The notes under the pieces were generated by a model. The model searched no databases. It was not told where the DNA came from and was given only the letters and a program-made list of their open reading frames with translations. The position numbers were made by a program, and so were the translations under genes. From Camelus dromedarius (lineage: Eukaryota): DNA of 64,000 nucleotides. The stretch spans positions 25,732,001 to 25,796,000 of the forward strand of contig NC_087437.1 in the NCBI RefSeq assembly GCF_036321535.1. Direction: 5' to 3'. This document shows positions 36,776-50,395 of this stretch, piece after piece; within the stretch, counting starts at the first letter, position 1; each line of letters begins with the position of its first letter.

Positions 36776-38699
36776 TAACAAGGACATTTTCACTCCTTGC
36801 TGCCTCTGCAAACACACCTCTCTAGATTCCAATCAAACAAACTTACCTTGAAAGCAGACAGCAGCAGGCCTGCTGGAACACTGGCCAAAGCAGCCCCGGA
36901 ACTGGCTCAGAGACTGTTTCTCCAGTGGCTTCCACTGAGGTGCGCAAGTGTGCTCAGCGCATCCTGGGCAGCCTCCCCCTTTACATCGTCCTCCACCACC
37001 TGGTCTCCTGAGTCTTCCTCCTCCTCCCAGCAAACCCGCCCATGTGCACCCTCCTCTGCCTTGCCCCACAGTCACTCCTCCTCTCACCCTCTCTTCTTCC
37101 ATCAGAGCTCCTTTTCCTTCAGGACTGTGGTGTTCTGTTTCTGCTCTGGGTCAAAGGTATCATCAGTTTCCTCATCAGCCAACCGAGCGAGTGAGTGAAA
37201 CACCCCCAACTGCTCTGGGCACTCAGAAGATCTCAGTAAATGTGGGTTCTCATCCCTCATGTGCAAAGGGAGAGATCTGGACAAGGTTGCCTCTAAGATC
37301 CTGGGAGCGTACAGAAGCTCACAGCCAAGCGTGAACCCGAGGTTTGCGTGCTGGCTGGAGACTTTTCTTAACAACCCCCATCCCCGCTTCATTAACCTCT
37401 AGTTGGTGGACTATGTGATATTTAGGAATACCCAGGGAAGCCAGATCCCCCCCGGCCCACACACAAAGGCCAGGGCCCTGCATGGCCATTAACCTCCTCC
37501 TCACCCCACTGCTGAACAGAGGCTGGCCCCTGTCCTACACACTAACACGGCTAGAAAATTAAAATCAGGGCTAACACCTGTTAAGGATATTTATGGACAA
37601 TCAAAGGAGACAGAGGTCAACTTCATCCTGAGGGGACTCTTTGATCAGGAGCTGTGACCTCAGGTTATCAGAGACATGACAGGCTTTTCAAGTAGACTTA
37701 GAAACAGCTCGGGCAGCCCAGGCTTCTGGTAACATCTGCCAGATTCAGGCTGGGCTAAACTGATCTGAAGATACCACTTGTCATTAAGACAAGTTTTTGA
37801 ATTTGGTGACTGCTTGTCAAGCAGAGAACCATCCAACTGATGGCTCCGTAGGAGTCCGGTAATGGAATTATGTGCCTAGGATACATGGCTGGCAGTTAGA
37901 CTCTCTGCAGATCACTTCAGGCAGCAAAAAAGTGCTTTATAATGTATCCATTCATTTCAATACAGTCGGTAGTAACGTTAGAAAGTGGTTCATAGCAAGA
38001 AAAGGCTGAACTGCATTTGAAAAGGAGAAAGGGATTCTTTCAGAGAACCAAGTCAACATTCAAGAGCTACTTCATTAAATCAGAAGTCAGCCTGGCAGGT
38101 GAGCCTAATATGCTGCCGGCAGAAGTGGGAATTGGAGCGAATGAAACAGTGGGAACAACGGAGCTACAGGTGCGCCTCGTTTTTGGTTTTGATCTCATTT
38201 GTATTAGTACAGGCTGCACCAAATGTATTTCCAAAGGTTGATAGTAGAGCATTGCAATAAATAGATCTGGAGTTTCTAGAAAGCATCAGGTATTTGTTTG
38301 ATGGACAGCTTAAGGGAGAAGACATGGCTTCCAGATTGTCCTCTCAGAGATGCAATGGCTTCCAAGTATACGCTCTGTTCCAATGCTGGTTCTGTTACAA
38401 CGCTCTTCTCCCTTCCTCTCTCCCAGGGAGTGTGTGTTGGGGCCAGTGGGGATGGACTCCAAAAGGAAGCTGAAAAACACTGAGATAACCACCCAGAGGA
38501 AGGGGACTGCCCTAAGGGGCTGTCCTGATGCTTCAAAAGTAGTTAGACCTATGAAGGGAGCAAAGCTGCATCCCCAGCCTTGAAACCCTGCCCATCGCTG
38601 TCTATAGTGTCATTTCTTCTAGGATGATCCATCTTTTTTAAAATGAACTCATCAGGAATTAAGATAGTGCTGTAGGACAGTTATATTTCAAAACAAACA

Positions 38700-39135
38700 A
38701 ACAAACTCATAGAAAAAGAGATCAGATTTGTGGTTACCAGAGGTAGGGGGTGGAGGGAGAGGGAACTGGATGAAGGTACAAACTTCCAGTGATAAGATAA
38801 ACACTAGGGATGCAACGTACGACAGTTATAAGATAGTAAGCACTAGGAATGTAACACACAACATGGTAAATAGAATTCCCACTGCGGTCTGTTACATACG
38901 AAAGTTGTTTGGAGTAAATCCTAAGAGCTCTCATCACAAGAAAAAAATTCTTCTTTCTTTCTTTAATTTTGTACCTATATGAGATGTTGGATATACTAAA
39001 CTTACTGTAATAGTCACTTCATGATGTATGTAAGTCAAATCATTATGCCTCACACCTTAAACTTGTACAGTGCTGTATCTGTATATCTCACTATTGTATC
39101 TCAGTAAAACTGGGAGAACAAAGGGGAAAAAACAA
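38700..39135 (+). mobile_element. L1 3'UTR (L1MA-like) with a small internal tandem duplication
   Basis: aaactcatagaaaaagagatcagatttgtggttaccagagg..gagtaaatcctaagagctctcatcacaag; ~38-bp unit duplicated at ~38786-38862. Confidence 0.8.
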
Positions 39136-39179
39136 ACTCGTTATCTTCTTTCTTCTCTTCTTCCCAAATTAGACTCTTA

Positions 39180-40130
39180 CTTCATGTATTTAACATGTAT
39201 TTATTCAGAACCTACCTACCATGTGCCAGGCACTGTATTTACCAGGTGAGTGAAAAAAAAGAGAGACAGTCTCTGTCCATATGCCCTTACATTCTAGTAA
39301 GAAAAAATAGAAAATAACCAAGCAGATAACTAAACATATAATATATAGTCAGTTGAGAAAACACACTATGAAGAAAAATCAAGGGTAAGGGGAAAGATCG
39401 GTGTTGAGAAGTTAGGAAAGGTGTCTCTAATGAGGGCATATTTTAGCAATCTCTGTAGCTTAAATCTTCAATCTCTGTGCACCTTCCAGAACTTTTGTGG
39501 AGAGTAATATTTTTCATGTTGAGAGTATTGGTTGATTATTACAAGATATTGGATGTAGTTCTTGTGCTCTGCAGTAGGACCTTGTTGTTTATCTATTTTA
39601 TATGTAGTATTTTGTATCTGCTAACCCCAGACTCCTAATTTATCCCTCCCCCCTCCTCTCTCCCCTGTGGTAACTGTAAGTTTGTTTTCTATGTCTATGA
39701 GTCTCTGTTTTGTAAGTAAGTTCATTTGTCTCACTTTTTTATATTCCACATGTAAGTGACATCATATGATATTTGTCTTTCTCTGTCTTACTTCACTTAG
39801 TATGATAATCTCCAGGTCCATCCATGTTGCTGCAAATGGCATTATTTCATTTTTTATGGCTGAGTAGTATTCCACTGTGTTGTAAATCAATTTAACTTTC
39901 AATTTAAAAAAATAGAGTATTAGTTGAAAATTCCAATGTTTGCAAAGGTAACATGAATGAATGAAGAGGGCCAAGTAGGGACTGAAAGTGCATAAGCAAA
40001 CCAGGTAGATGTGTGGGGGAAGGATGCTCAGGGTGGAAGAGGCGGCCACTGCAAAGGCCTGGAGGTGGGACTATGCTCGCCTTGTTCAAGGAACAGCAAG
40101 GAGAGCTGTTTGTCTGGAGAAAGTGAGCAA
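39180..40130 (-). mobile_element. L2 fragments (~39180-39450 and ~39950-40130) flanking an L1 insertion
   Basis: acctacctaccatgtgccaggcactg..cttacattctag; tgcaaaggcctggaggtggga..ttgttcaaggaacagcaaggag. Confidence 0.7.
39536..39913. mobile_element. 5'-inverted (twin-primed) L1 insertion
   Basis: Antisense 3'UTR piece ~39536-39876, then sense terminal piece ttgtaaatcaatttaactttcaatttaaaaaaa; 14-bp TSD agagtattggttga (39522-39535) / agagtattagttga (39914-39927). Confidence 0.85.
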
Positions 40131-41341
40131 GATGGGACAAGGGACAGGGCACAGCTCCCAGTTCCTAGTCCCTTCCAGGTTGGAAACTGTAGGCAAACTA
40201 CAGTGATCTTTTACTCCCCTGGCCCTGTCCTTGATCCAGCTGTATTCAGTTCTCTTTTCTAAAGAAGGATTCTCTAAAACCACCCCCTTCCTGCCTCCCT
40301 CTTCTCTCCCCTGAACTCAGCCTCCATCTTATGCCTTGTTTATTCAAGAGCCTCCTAACTGGCCGTCTAGCCTCATGCATCTTCTATTGCTCTAATCACT
40401 TTATTCTAAGCTTCCAGATTAATCTTCCTAGAGTGTTGCTTCTGTCAGATCTTTTCCTCCCTTGTATAACAATGGCTTAGCATTACCCTGGGATAAAGCA
40501 GAAGCTTCTTAGCTTCTGCCGGCTCCACCCTCCCCATCCCTGCCTCAGTCTGGCTGAAACTCCATCGCTCTGACTCTGCTCCCAACTTCCCAACTCCAGT
40601 GACCTCCACCCATCATGTATCCAGACTCTGTAGTCTCACTCTCGACTCTTGAAATTCAGCCTAAGACCCACCCTGAATTGTCCAGCCCAAAACAGACCAC
40701 TTCCTCCCTCAAACAGCTGATGCACAGTCAGAAACCTCAGGATAAACGCCGTCATTGGCATGAGGTGCCAGGGACCTGACAATGTCCTGGGAGATAGCTC
40801 TAAACTGATGCACCGAAGGCCCTACCCCACCCATCCTTAGGCAAAAACAAGCAGATGTGGCTTTTCCAGGCACCTTCAGATCTGGAGGTGATTTGAGGGG
40901 TTCCTGCCACAGTTCGAGTCTCTCTCTGAACCAGGTCAGGGGCGTGGGCCTTCCCCTGACAGCTTGGCCCTGGGAAAACCTTCACTTCCCTGGAGAATAC
41001 TGTATCCCTCACACCCCAGCCAGACACCTTAAAAGTAAAAGCATGTCCAAATTAGAACTATAGTAAGATATACTTTTTCACCTATCAGATTGTCAAAATT
41101 TTTAAAATATTTTTTAAATATGTATGTATAAACACACAGATATATACATCCAGTTTCATGCTTAATATACAGCAGTGTACAAGGCGCATTGCTCCCTCCC
41201 TTGGTCCTGGCTCACTCACCTAATTCACTGAGCGCAGGAACCATGTCTTCTACATCCTGTGCATCACTTAAGTGCCATAAATGTACCAACCATAATTTAT
41301 ATAATATGTGGACAATAAATACTAACAAAGATTTCTGGGAT

Positions 41342-41546
41342 ACTGACAGGCATATGCAGAATAGATAGACAAGATCATACTGTATAGCACAGGGAAATAC
41401 ATACAAAATCTTGTGGTAGCCACAGCGGAAAAAAAGTGACAATAAATATATGTATGTTCACATATAACTGAAAAATTGTGCTCTACACTGGAATTTGACA
41501 CAACATTGTAAAATGACTATAACTCAATAAAAAAAAGTTTGAAAAA
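41342..41546 (+). mobile_element. Short young camelid-type L1 3' end
   Basis: ..tttgacacaacattgtaaaatgactataactcaataaaaaaaa; perfect TSD atttctgggat (41331-41341 / 41547-41557). Confidence 0.9.
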
Positions 41547-42769
41547 ATTTCTGGGATGTCAGGCATTGAATTAGGTAAGAAAAATGCAATAAAATGATCA
41601 CATTGTGTCTTTGAAGCCCTCCTTTTTCTGCAGGCAAAAGGGGGCTATTCAAGGCAGTCATCTTCCTTTTACAAGGCAGGATGGTAAATTCAGCAGCATG
41701 GTCACAGACATCGTCTTTCGTTCAGCTCCTAGGTTCAGTAACTAGCCATCTAAGTAATCAGAGACCTCACATATTTATGTTAAGCACTGAGTGTATGTAA
41801 TTACAAACTCTCTAGAGAAACACTATCAGCATGGTCAAACCAAATGTGAAAACTGCACACACCTACCTGGGCTTCTAGTAGTTAAGCTGATAGATCTGAC
41901 GAGCCTTGTAACAGTGAGAATGAGAAGATGCATTTCTTCAGGCTTCAGCACCAACGTCAAAAGCTGGGCACCAGCAATATTTGCCCACACAGAAAGCTCC
42001 CATGGGTGCCAATAAAAACATAGGCAAGGTCTATAAAGCCTGCATTGTTGTATTGTTATGAAGAAAATATGAAATCTCGTTCTTAGATAGAAAGGCTCCC
42101 AACAAGAAGCTAAAGTAAAAAGGCTTCACTTTTGGATTCCCGTTGGCCTTGCACAGGGTTGTCCTATGGAACTGAACTGTCTGGACAGTGTTGTGCATGC
42201 ATTCTTTGAAGTTAGCACCTGCAGCTCCTTTGAAGTTCTAGCTTTCTAAATAATAATCACAATAAAGTTAAACATAAGAGATGCAGGAATTCTGTATTCA
42301 ATTCGTATTTCACTTGTTTTCAGCAGGATGAAGCATGTAAAAGGAAGGTGGCCAGTCACCAACTTCCAGCTGCCTCTCCTGCCCACTTTCCACCTTAGTC
42401 CCCAGAAAGCCGGGCTGCTCTGGTGATACCATGTGTGTGCTGTTCAGGACAAGCCTTACTCACAACGAAGCAGGCAAAGGCCTCCCCGGGTATGAAATGT
42501 TCATGCCCTTATGTCCTGCATGTCTTCCCACGGGCAGAGCCGCAATTCCATTATCTCTACAGCTTCCTTCCTTCTCTGTAAACCTGCAAGAATTTTAAGA
42601 AAAGATAATGTTTTAAGATGTCTTTTATATCTTGGTGCAAAGATTGGAATTCTAGCATTGACAGGGCCTGGGAGGACTAGGAGGGGACTGAAGCCAGTAG
42701 CTCCCCTCAGCTCCAGCAGAATGAAGCCGTGCAATATGTGCCCAATGCCACTAAGCCTTCTGATTTTTG

Positions 42770-43075
42770 TTAGGGTCTGTTTTTTTTTAGGATGCTTTTT
42801 TTTTAATTTAAATATAGTCAATTTAGAATGTTGTGTTAATTTCCAGTGTACAGCAGAGCGATTCAGATATACATATATATGTTATTTTTCATATGCTTTT
42901 CCTCTATAGGATATTACAAGCTATTGGATATAGTTCCCTGTGCTATACAGTATGACCTTGTTGTTTATCTATATTATATATAGTAGTGTATGTCTTTAAA
43001 TCCCAAACTCCCAATTTATCCCTCCCCACCCTTTCCCCTTTCGCAACCGCAAGTTTGTTTTCTATGGCTGTGAGT
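42770..43075 (-). mobile_element. L1 3'UTR, 5'-truncated, inserted in a Charlie-like remnant
   Basis: aatatagtcaatttagaatgttgtgttaatttccagtgtacagc..; flanking repeat ctgattttt. Confidence 0.85.
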
Positions 43076-43516
43076 CCTGATTTTTTAAGAGAAAACAGAA
43101 GTCCAGATTTTCACATGAAACCTCGCAATTTTTTTTTTAACGTTGGCAACTATCTCTGGTTTGTTAAAACACTGTATAGACCAGACCAGACCCACCCGCA
43201 GGCCAGCAGTGAAACACATACCAAGCTTGCCCCAGGCCAGTGCAGGGGAGAAGGCAGGAAGAGCCAGCACCCACCTGGTGACCGAGGCAGGTGGGGGCAG
43301 AGGGGGCACTTCAGGGAAAAGCCAAAGGCCTGACAGTGGGTGGAGCAGCTTGGCCAAAGACAGGCTGTGCAGTGGCTTGCCTGGGTACCAACCTGCAGAG
43401 AAGAGAAAGGAGCCATACTTGGAGCCTTCAGAAGGGCCTGCACACAACAGCTCTGTCCAGACCCATCTATTTCTGCTCCATTCAGGCCTACACTCTGATG
43501 TTCCTGGGCACATTTT

Positions 43517-43735
43517 CTTTAATTGAAGTATAGTTGACTTATAGTGTTGTGTTAGTTTCTGGTGTACAGCATAGTGATTCAGTTATACATGTATATATTC
43601 TTTTTCATATTCTTTTTCACTATGGGGTATTACCAGCTATTGAATATAGTTCCCTGTGTGATACAGTAGGTCCTTGTTGTTCATCTATTTTATTTATAGT
43701 AGTGTGTATGTGCAAATCCCAAACTCTCAATTAAT
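43517..43735 (-). mobile_element. L1 3' end, 5'-truncated
   Basis: attgaagtatagttgacttatagtgttgtgttagtttctggtgtacagc; TSD ctgggcacatttt (43504-43516) / ctgggcatatttt (43736-43748). Confidence 0.9.
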
Positions 43736-43749
43736 CTGGGCATATTTTA

Positions 43750-43925
43750 AAATACGTAAAATGTGAACTACAGCTATGCCAGTATAAACAAATAGGATCC
43801 AGACTAGATTATATATTTTTTTTAATTCTGATTTTAAAAGAAATTAAAACATTTTCTAGGGCCCCTAAAAGTATCACGGGCCCCAGGCCCTGGTCTCCCG
43901 TGCCTGAAAGAGAGAGTTGACCCTG
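43750..43925 (-). mobile_element. hAT-Tip100 type DNA transposon end
   Basis: ctgattttaaaagaaattaaaacattttctagggcccctaaaagtatcacgggcccc..gaccctg resembles a Tip100-family terminus. Confidence 0.55.
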
Positions 43926-44019
43926 CTTCCAGCAGTGCTTTGCTTAAACACTGGGTGAAAATTCTTGGTGACAAGGTGTGTGTCCCTGTAAATGTCGCAA
44001 ATCAGTAGTCAAGTTGGAA

Positions 44020-44260
44020 GGTTATGGTGGACGTGAGTGTGAGCCTGAAAACCAGACCACGTGGGTTCAAACCCCAGGTCTACCACTTCCAATGTCGCTC
44101 CAGAAGTCAGTGATCCTCTCCGTGGCTTGATGGCCTCCTCCATGAGACAAGAGTAATGACAGTCCCTAGCCGAGGATGCTGGGAGGGTCAAGTGAGTTAA
44201 CATACGTAAAAAGTTTAGAAAAGTACCTGGCAGAGGGAAAAGGTAAATGTTAGCTTTGTT
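44020..44260 (+). mobile_element. MIR SINE
   Basis: ccagaccacgtgggttcaaaccccaggtctaccactt..aagtgagttaacatacgtaaaaagtttagaaaagtacctggca. Confidence 0.75.
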
Positions 44261-47200
44261 CCATCGTGTCCCCACAACTGACTAGCTTTACTAATATTGA
44301 CTAAATTACTGAGTTAACATGTAAAAACTCTTGAAGAACCAAACATTCTCAGGTCATGAGGGCACCAGCTTTATCATGATTTCCTAAAGGTAACTTAACA
44401 ATGTAAAATTCAGGAGATAGACAACTATGCAGGCTTGCCTTGGCTCATTTTTAGTATCTTTTGTGCCTTCTGTCAGCTTCCCCCATTTTTCTATAAAAGA
44501 AATTCAGAGTGGAGACTCAAGTTTAGAAACTGACCCATGAATTGTGTTCTATATCCTAAAGAGATGTGATCTTTCAGTAAACAGCCTTGCATTCAGAGCT
44601 TTCAGAGCAATTGAATATTATCCAGTGTTGTAACACACATTCAAAGCGTCAGAACACAAGAGAGGACGTTAGAAAACCTCATGCCACTGGCAGAACCCAG
44701 ACTCTTAGTCTTTCCTGTTGTCCTGGGATTCATGTGATTACTGTCAGTGATTTCTGCTGTGATCCACAGAACTGCAGAGTAAGAAGGAGCCTCTCAAGTC
44801 ACCAATCCATCCCTCATTTGCCGAGGACACTAAGGACGAGGGACGTCAGCTGTTTCCTTGAGGACCCATTGGTTAGTCTCAAGCTCTTTCTCTATATCTG
44901 CCCCTGCCACTTCCATCATCATTTTGCATATCTTGTTTATTCTGAATTCTTTTGGATGAATTCCTATCTCTACTGCTAGAATTGCGGTTACTAAAGACAG
45001 TTATAGGCTTTTGTGTAGATTTTAAATTTCCTTTGGTGGAAAACAGTAACAGTTGGTGCTCAAAAGTACTTGCTGAATGAATGAATGAAAAGTTCTTAAA
45101 GGTTTCATGTCACACCATCTCGTGATCTGGCCGTTGAATTCCTCACCATCTTGCAAAGGAGGAGGAAATGAAGACCCTCACGTGTGGCCATCTCAGCCTA
45201 CATGTAGTCCGGACGGTTCGTAATTACACGGGTTCCATGTATTGTGAAGCCATGCAATACTTCTATTTCCAAATGTTTAAAGATTATATTGAATGTTGTT
45301 TTCTTTCAAAAGAGCTGACAAAGACGTATCCAAAGCCTCATGGCGTGGTGATTCCTGAGGACGAGAATGAGGGAGGTCACGTGGAATCGCGGGCTAAGCT
45401 GAGCTTGTGTTCCTTGCTCTTCCTACATAATGTATCTCTAACTGCTGAGAACTGTGAAAAACACTTATTCTCTTCTAATCTGGAGGAAATGGCACAACTT
45501 TAAATTTCTTCCATCAGCCAAAAACTGATGCATTTTTCAAGATAAATCTTTACTATGGCCTAGCAGTTTCCCACCCCCTCAAAAACCAATCAGCAAAAAC
45601 CTCCTCCACATTTGAAAAATACTTTAAAATTGGTAATTCCTCCCAACAGCATTGTTAGCTCCTTTTATAGCGAAGGGACCAAAGAAAGTTAGAGGCGTAT
45701 TACGGAGTTTTACGTAACTCACATTCTAGTCTCTTGTTGCGTCCAGTGAGCCATGCTGCGTTCCTGATGTTCAAATAGATATCTGAATCTTTCTTTGGGT
45801 CAAAAGAAACCAATCGGCTGCATCTGAAATAGCTGCTTTGTTAAAAATCAGAGTCATTTATAAACAGAATGGTTATTTCCTTATGGCAAAAGAACAAAAT
45901 CCATTCCCGGCCTATGTTCACATATGACATTCAGTTCTATGGGCCCAAATGCAATTCTGGAACATAAGCCACGTCAGCATTAAGTGCTGAATGTAGGCTA
46001 ATATATTGTCTCTTTTTAACTGGATTGTTAAGTCCATTAACATTTAATGAAACAATTTTAACTTTAACTGCAAAGACATTCACAATGACTTTCCATCAAC
46101 TCCCTAAAGGCAAAACAACATAAATTTTAAAGAAAAATAACTATGAAGCTTTGCTAAGTGCAGATGATTTCCATCGGACAGATTAAGTCCTGAATTTCTT
46201 TCAGTGCAGTCCACATTTGACTTTTACTGCAAAGATAAACTCAGACTGGTAATTACCCTTGGGTGACCCTACCAAGTAATGTCAGCATGAAAACACTGGT
46301 GTTCTTACTACAGTGTAATAATGTATATAGAGTCAGCTAATGTAATTTCACTGAGGGTCTTAGTAATCCATTTTGAAATTATGCTGTGAAACATTGTCTT
46401 TTAAAATATCGTGGTAATTCTTTTTCCTTTGTAGCAGTCTCAGAGTAAAGTTATATTCCCTTTGGCTTGAATGATTAAGACCTAGAAACCGAAGTCCTTT
46501 ATAGGGACCCAACCGTCACATTGCCAGAGAGAGAGATACGTGGAATACAAATAAATCAAACTGTTTATTCAGTGGCGCTTTATTCCCTGCTACCTTCAAT
46601 GCATACATACACCAGTTTACACTCACGTTCATTCCTAACCTTAACACTGAACCTTTCTGTAAATATGTTTTTCACTAAGTCCTATTTGGAAACTTCTAAA
46701 GTAGAACAAAGTGAATGTGGTTCCATTATCAGCTCTTAAAAAAAATAATAAACACATACTCCTTCATATTTCTTAGAGTGACGCAACTACCTGGACAATT
46801 CTATAGATTAAACAATTCTACATCCATCCCTTCCAAATTTGATCCCTTTGAAACAGCTCTCCCTCAATTAAAAAAAAAAAAAAGAAAAGAAAAGAAGAAA
46901 AAAAGCTACCAAACATCAGTGACTTACAGCCATGTTTTTGGCAAACTTATTTAATACTTTAATGATTAAAAAATAAGTCTTTTTAAAAAAAAAAAAAATC
47001 TTGAAAGACCTCACCTGGCAGCTTCAGGGATTTGAATACGTTTGAGAAACGTGAACATCTAAAGGAGTTTGTGGGACTGACGCGGTTGAGACACCGAACA
47101 TTTGACGTTGCGGTTGTAGAAGCTGTAAGTGTACCACAGTAGGAAGCAGCTTTCCGTGGACTTCAAAGGAAGCGGCAGTTAATTATCTAGCTTTCAGGAG

Positions 47201-49052
47201 CAGTGTGCACCTACCGTGACAGCTGTTAGGCGAGGGCACACGGCCACCCCCACCACCAAACATCAGCTCGTGTCATTGTTCAGCTTGGATCTCATCGGAA
47301 GGAAATGCGTAAGGTCTCAGCTTGGTTCAATTCAAACAAGTCTAAGAGTTTTCCCAGATGGTGTCTCAGCACAGGCTTATTTCTCACCCCAAGAGCCTGT
47401 GCTTCACCGGCACCTCAGAGCTGCAGTCGACGTGCTGTTTGCATATGCTCCAGCTGCATTTTTAATGCCATACATGGGATACAGCCATTTGAACTTTCTT
47501 CTCCCCGTCATTATGGTGAATTCAACCTGGAGATGTTGTAACTTTGGTAAGAAAAAAAAATGCTGCTTCTTTTCAATCTGTCTCTCACCGCCTTCCCATC
47601 CACTCCCCTCATTTTTAACTGACAGAGATGATTGATTGTTTCTGCCTAGTGCCTAACAGGTGGGGTGTCTTGGGGTGTTCTTCATGCCTGGCCAAATACA
47701 GTGGATGGAACAATTATTTGACTTGCATGAATCCTGGCAGGGCCTGCTTGTCCACATTTCCCCAGAACACCCACTTCTGTCTACAACCTTATCAACCTCA
47801 AGATCAGCCATGAGAGTTGCCCAGAGCCACTGAGTTCATTCTTGGCCTTCTCTAACACCACTCCCCAATCAAGGGCTGAGGTCATAATTGTGCTCTTTGC
47901 TGTATCTGGCACCTTTTTTAGATCCAGAACTTATCCTTCTTGTATAACATCATGTGATCCATAAACAGAAGGTATGTGCCCTCAAGGAAGGAAAAAAAAA
48001 AAAAAAAGAAGTAAAGAATATATTCCTTTGGTTAGACCAGCTTGAAGAAAGGAGAGAACAGAATTTGAAGGGGGGAAAAAATGAGGGACAGAGTTATAGG
48101 GGTCAGATAGCTAATTAGGAAAGAGTTTGAGAAAAGGAATACACACAAAAAAAGAAAACCGAAGTACCCACCTAAACTAACTCCATTCCTTTTAGAAAAT
48201 TCCACCTTTTAAGCACACTAAGTTAGTGAGGTCTTGCTCTTAAACTTGAAAAAGAAACAAAAAAAACCCCAAACACTCGAACAAAAATTCTCAGCAGTTG
48301 CTGACCTCTCATTGCCATTTACTTCAATCAGCCCCATACTGTTTCTTGACTTGTCCCAAGTCCCCAGTGAGGCCATGCTGATTTAGAGCAGTCAGTAACT
48401 ACGTGCAAAATATGCAAAATCATCTTCTGGGGACTTCAAAAACCCAGAACTCTTCTTGTCCCTCCAACTCCAGGAAATAAATGTTGAATGCTTTCATCTT
48501 TCTAGTGTGTAAAATGTTTTCAAGCTGCCCATAAAATGTGTGATGCTAGCAACTTGACAAGAATATTATAGAAATTTATTAATTATCTTTAAACATGTTT
48601 CTTTGCAGTTTTCAGTTCATCTTACATGAGGTGCTGAGCAGAAACTGGCTTGGTTTCTTACAGCCAAATTACACAAGAGACATAAATCTTTAATGTTCTT
48701 GATTTCCTTTAGTGACTTTGTTTTCTTCTAAAAGGGTCTGAATAACCTCTGAAAAGTATGCTGGATACATTCCCAAGATGCCAGGCTGGTGGCCAGAATA
48801 CTCAAAGGTGATAGGCCACAGCTGTTTCCTCCTTTCTAGGGAAAAGGGTACAAAGGTGCAGGTCACTGGATACTTGACAAATGTGTGATTGCCAAGTGTC
48901 AGGCTTTGTCTTCTAGGGAAATGCTGAGTAGACTATATTTAAAGCAAGCTACTTTATATGGAGAGTGCATACTTAACCAGACCTAGCATTTATAGTCTAA
49001 GTAAGGCAGTAGTTAATCAATAAAGTGTGGAAATGCACTTTAAAACTCATAG

Positions 49053-49709
49053 TGAGACAGAGGGAAGAGGGCAGGACACAACCATTAAAAGAATGACACA
49101 GCAATTAACACCAAGACAGTGGAAGATTCAACTCCCAGGAGACGTTGAGCTTCATTATACGCCCATTGTAATACAATAGCTGCTAAATGGTCCTCCCACA
49201 GGAGTCATGGCAGTTTCAAGGCTGACCATAAAAGGTCAAAGAGTGGGTAATGGCTTGATTCCTAGCAATCCCAGCCCTTTCTCCAAAGTAGTTGGAATAA
49301 TCCTCCCACTAGTTAGCATGTGACTTACCAAGCCCATAAAAACTAACAACCCCACACATCAGGGCCACTCTCCTAAGATGGCTCACATTCTGTCTGTGGA
49401 GTGGGTATCTCCTCAGCACTGGTTGTTCTCTCCTGCTTTCTGAGACAACTTGCACTCTGTCTCTAGAGTGTGTATCTACTTTTGCTTTAACCACCCCAAC
49501 TTGTAGCTTCTTTGGCCTTCTGAGATGGCCTACACTCTGTCTAGGAAGTGTGTAACCCTCTGAATAAATCTACTTTCACTCTATTATGGCTCATTCTTGA
49601 ATTCTCTCCTGTGTAAAGCCAAGGACCCTCGCTTGGCAGAGTGTATCCCAGGGACTCGACTGAGACCTGGGACACAGCCATAGTCGTGTGCCCCATTTTT
49701 CCTGTATCA
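49053..49709 (+). mobile_element. ERV1 (MER41-like) solo LTR
   Basis: TGAGACAG..CTGTATCA termini, near-matching 4-bp TSD atag/gtag, AATAAA at ~49563, three internal copies of cactctgtct..gagtgtgt as in MER41-type LTRs. Confidence 0.8.
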
Positions 49710-49829
49710 GTAGGGTCCAGAGATCTGATCCAAGAATATCTGCTATAAAACTCTTACTAAGTAATCTTTTGTTTGAACACCGCTGGGGCAGAGAATCTAC
49801 CCTGTGTTAAAATAGTCTGTACATACACA

Positions 49830-50395
49830 CACAATTGTAATTCATGCCAGATAAATGGAAAATCTTCATAATATGTAAAGAGGTACTACACCTCACTAAG
49901 AAAAATATCAACACTTAAATAGAAAAATGGACAAAGGATATGGAAAGAAAAAGAAATATAAATGATTCTTAAATATAAAAAGAAGTAGAAGATACACTCA
50001 ACCTTACTCATAGTAAGAGAAATACAAATAAAAACTACACGAAGATTCAACTCTTCAAACATCTCATATATTACTGGTGTGAGTATAAATTGGTACAATC
50101 CCAAAAGAAGGGAATTTAGTAATTAAAGTAACAAATGCATATATTTGATTTTACTTACTATTTCAACTTTTGGGAATGTGAGATATGCAAAATGAGCTAT
50201 GTGTATGGTTGATCAGTACAGCATTGTGCTGACAAAAGATGTGGAAACAACCTAAAAACGTACCAACAGGGTAAATAAACCATAGTATATCCATGCAATG
50301 GAGTGCTATGCAGCTTTAGTGACAATAATAATAATAAGGCAGCTCTTAATGTCCATAATAGAAAGTTCTTCAAATTATGTTATTAAGGAAAAAAG
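49830..50395 (+). mobile_element. Old L1 (L1ME-like) ORF2 end; host of later L1 insertions, resumes after ~55880
   Basis: aaaaatggacaaaggatatg..aagagaaatacaaataaaaactacac..atccatgcaatggagtgctatgcagc. Confidence 0.65.

Noticed and set aside
36797..37334. Ser/Pro-rich ORFs of ~130 aa
   Set aside because: Produced by C/T-rich low-complexity sequence; no domain or splice support.
38044..38104. Possible small exon (ttctttcag ... CAG|GTGAGC)
   Set aside because: Weak polypyrimidine tract, no recognisable protein in any frame and no partner exons; not supportable without RNA data.
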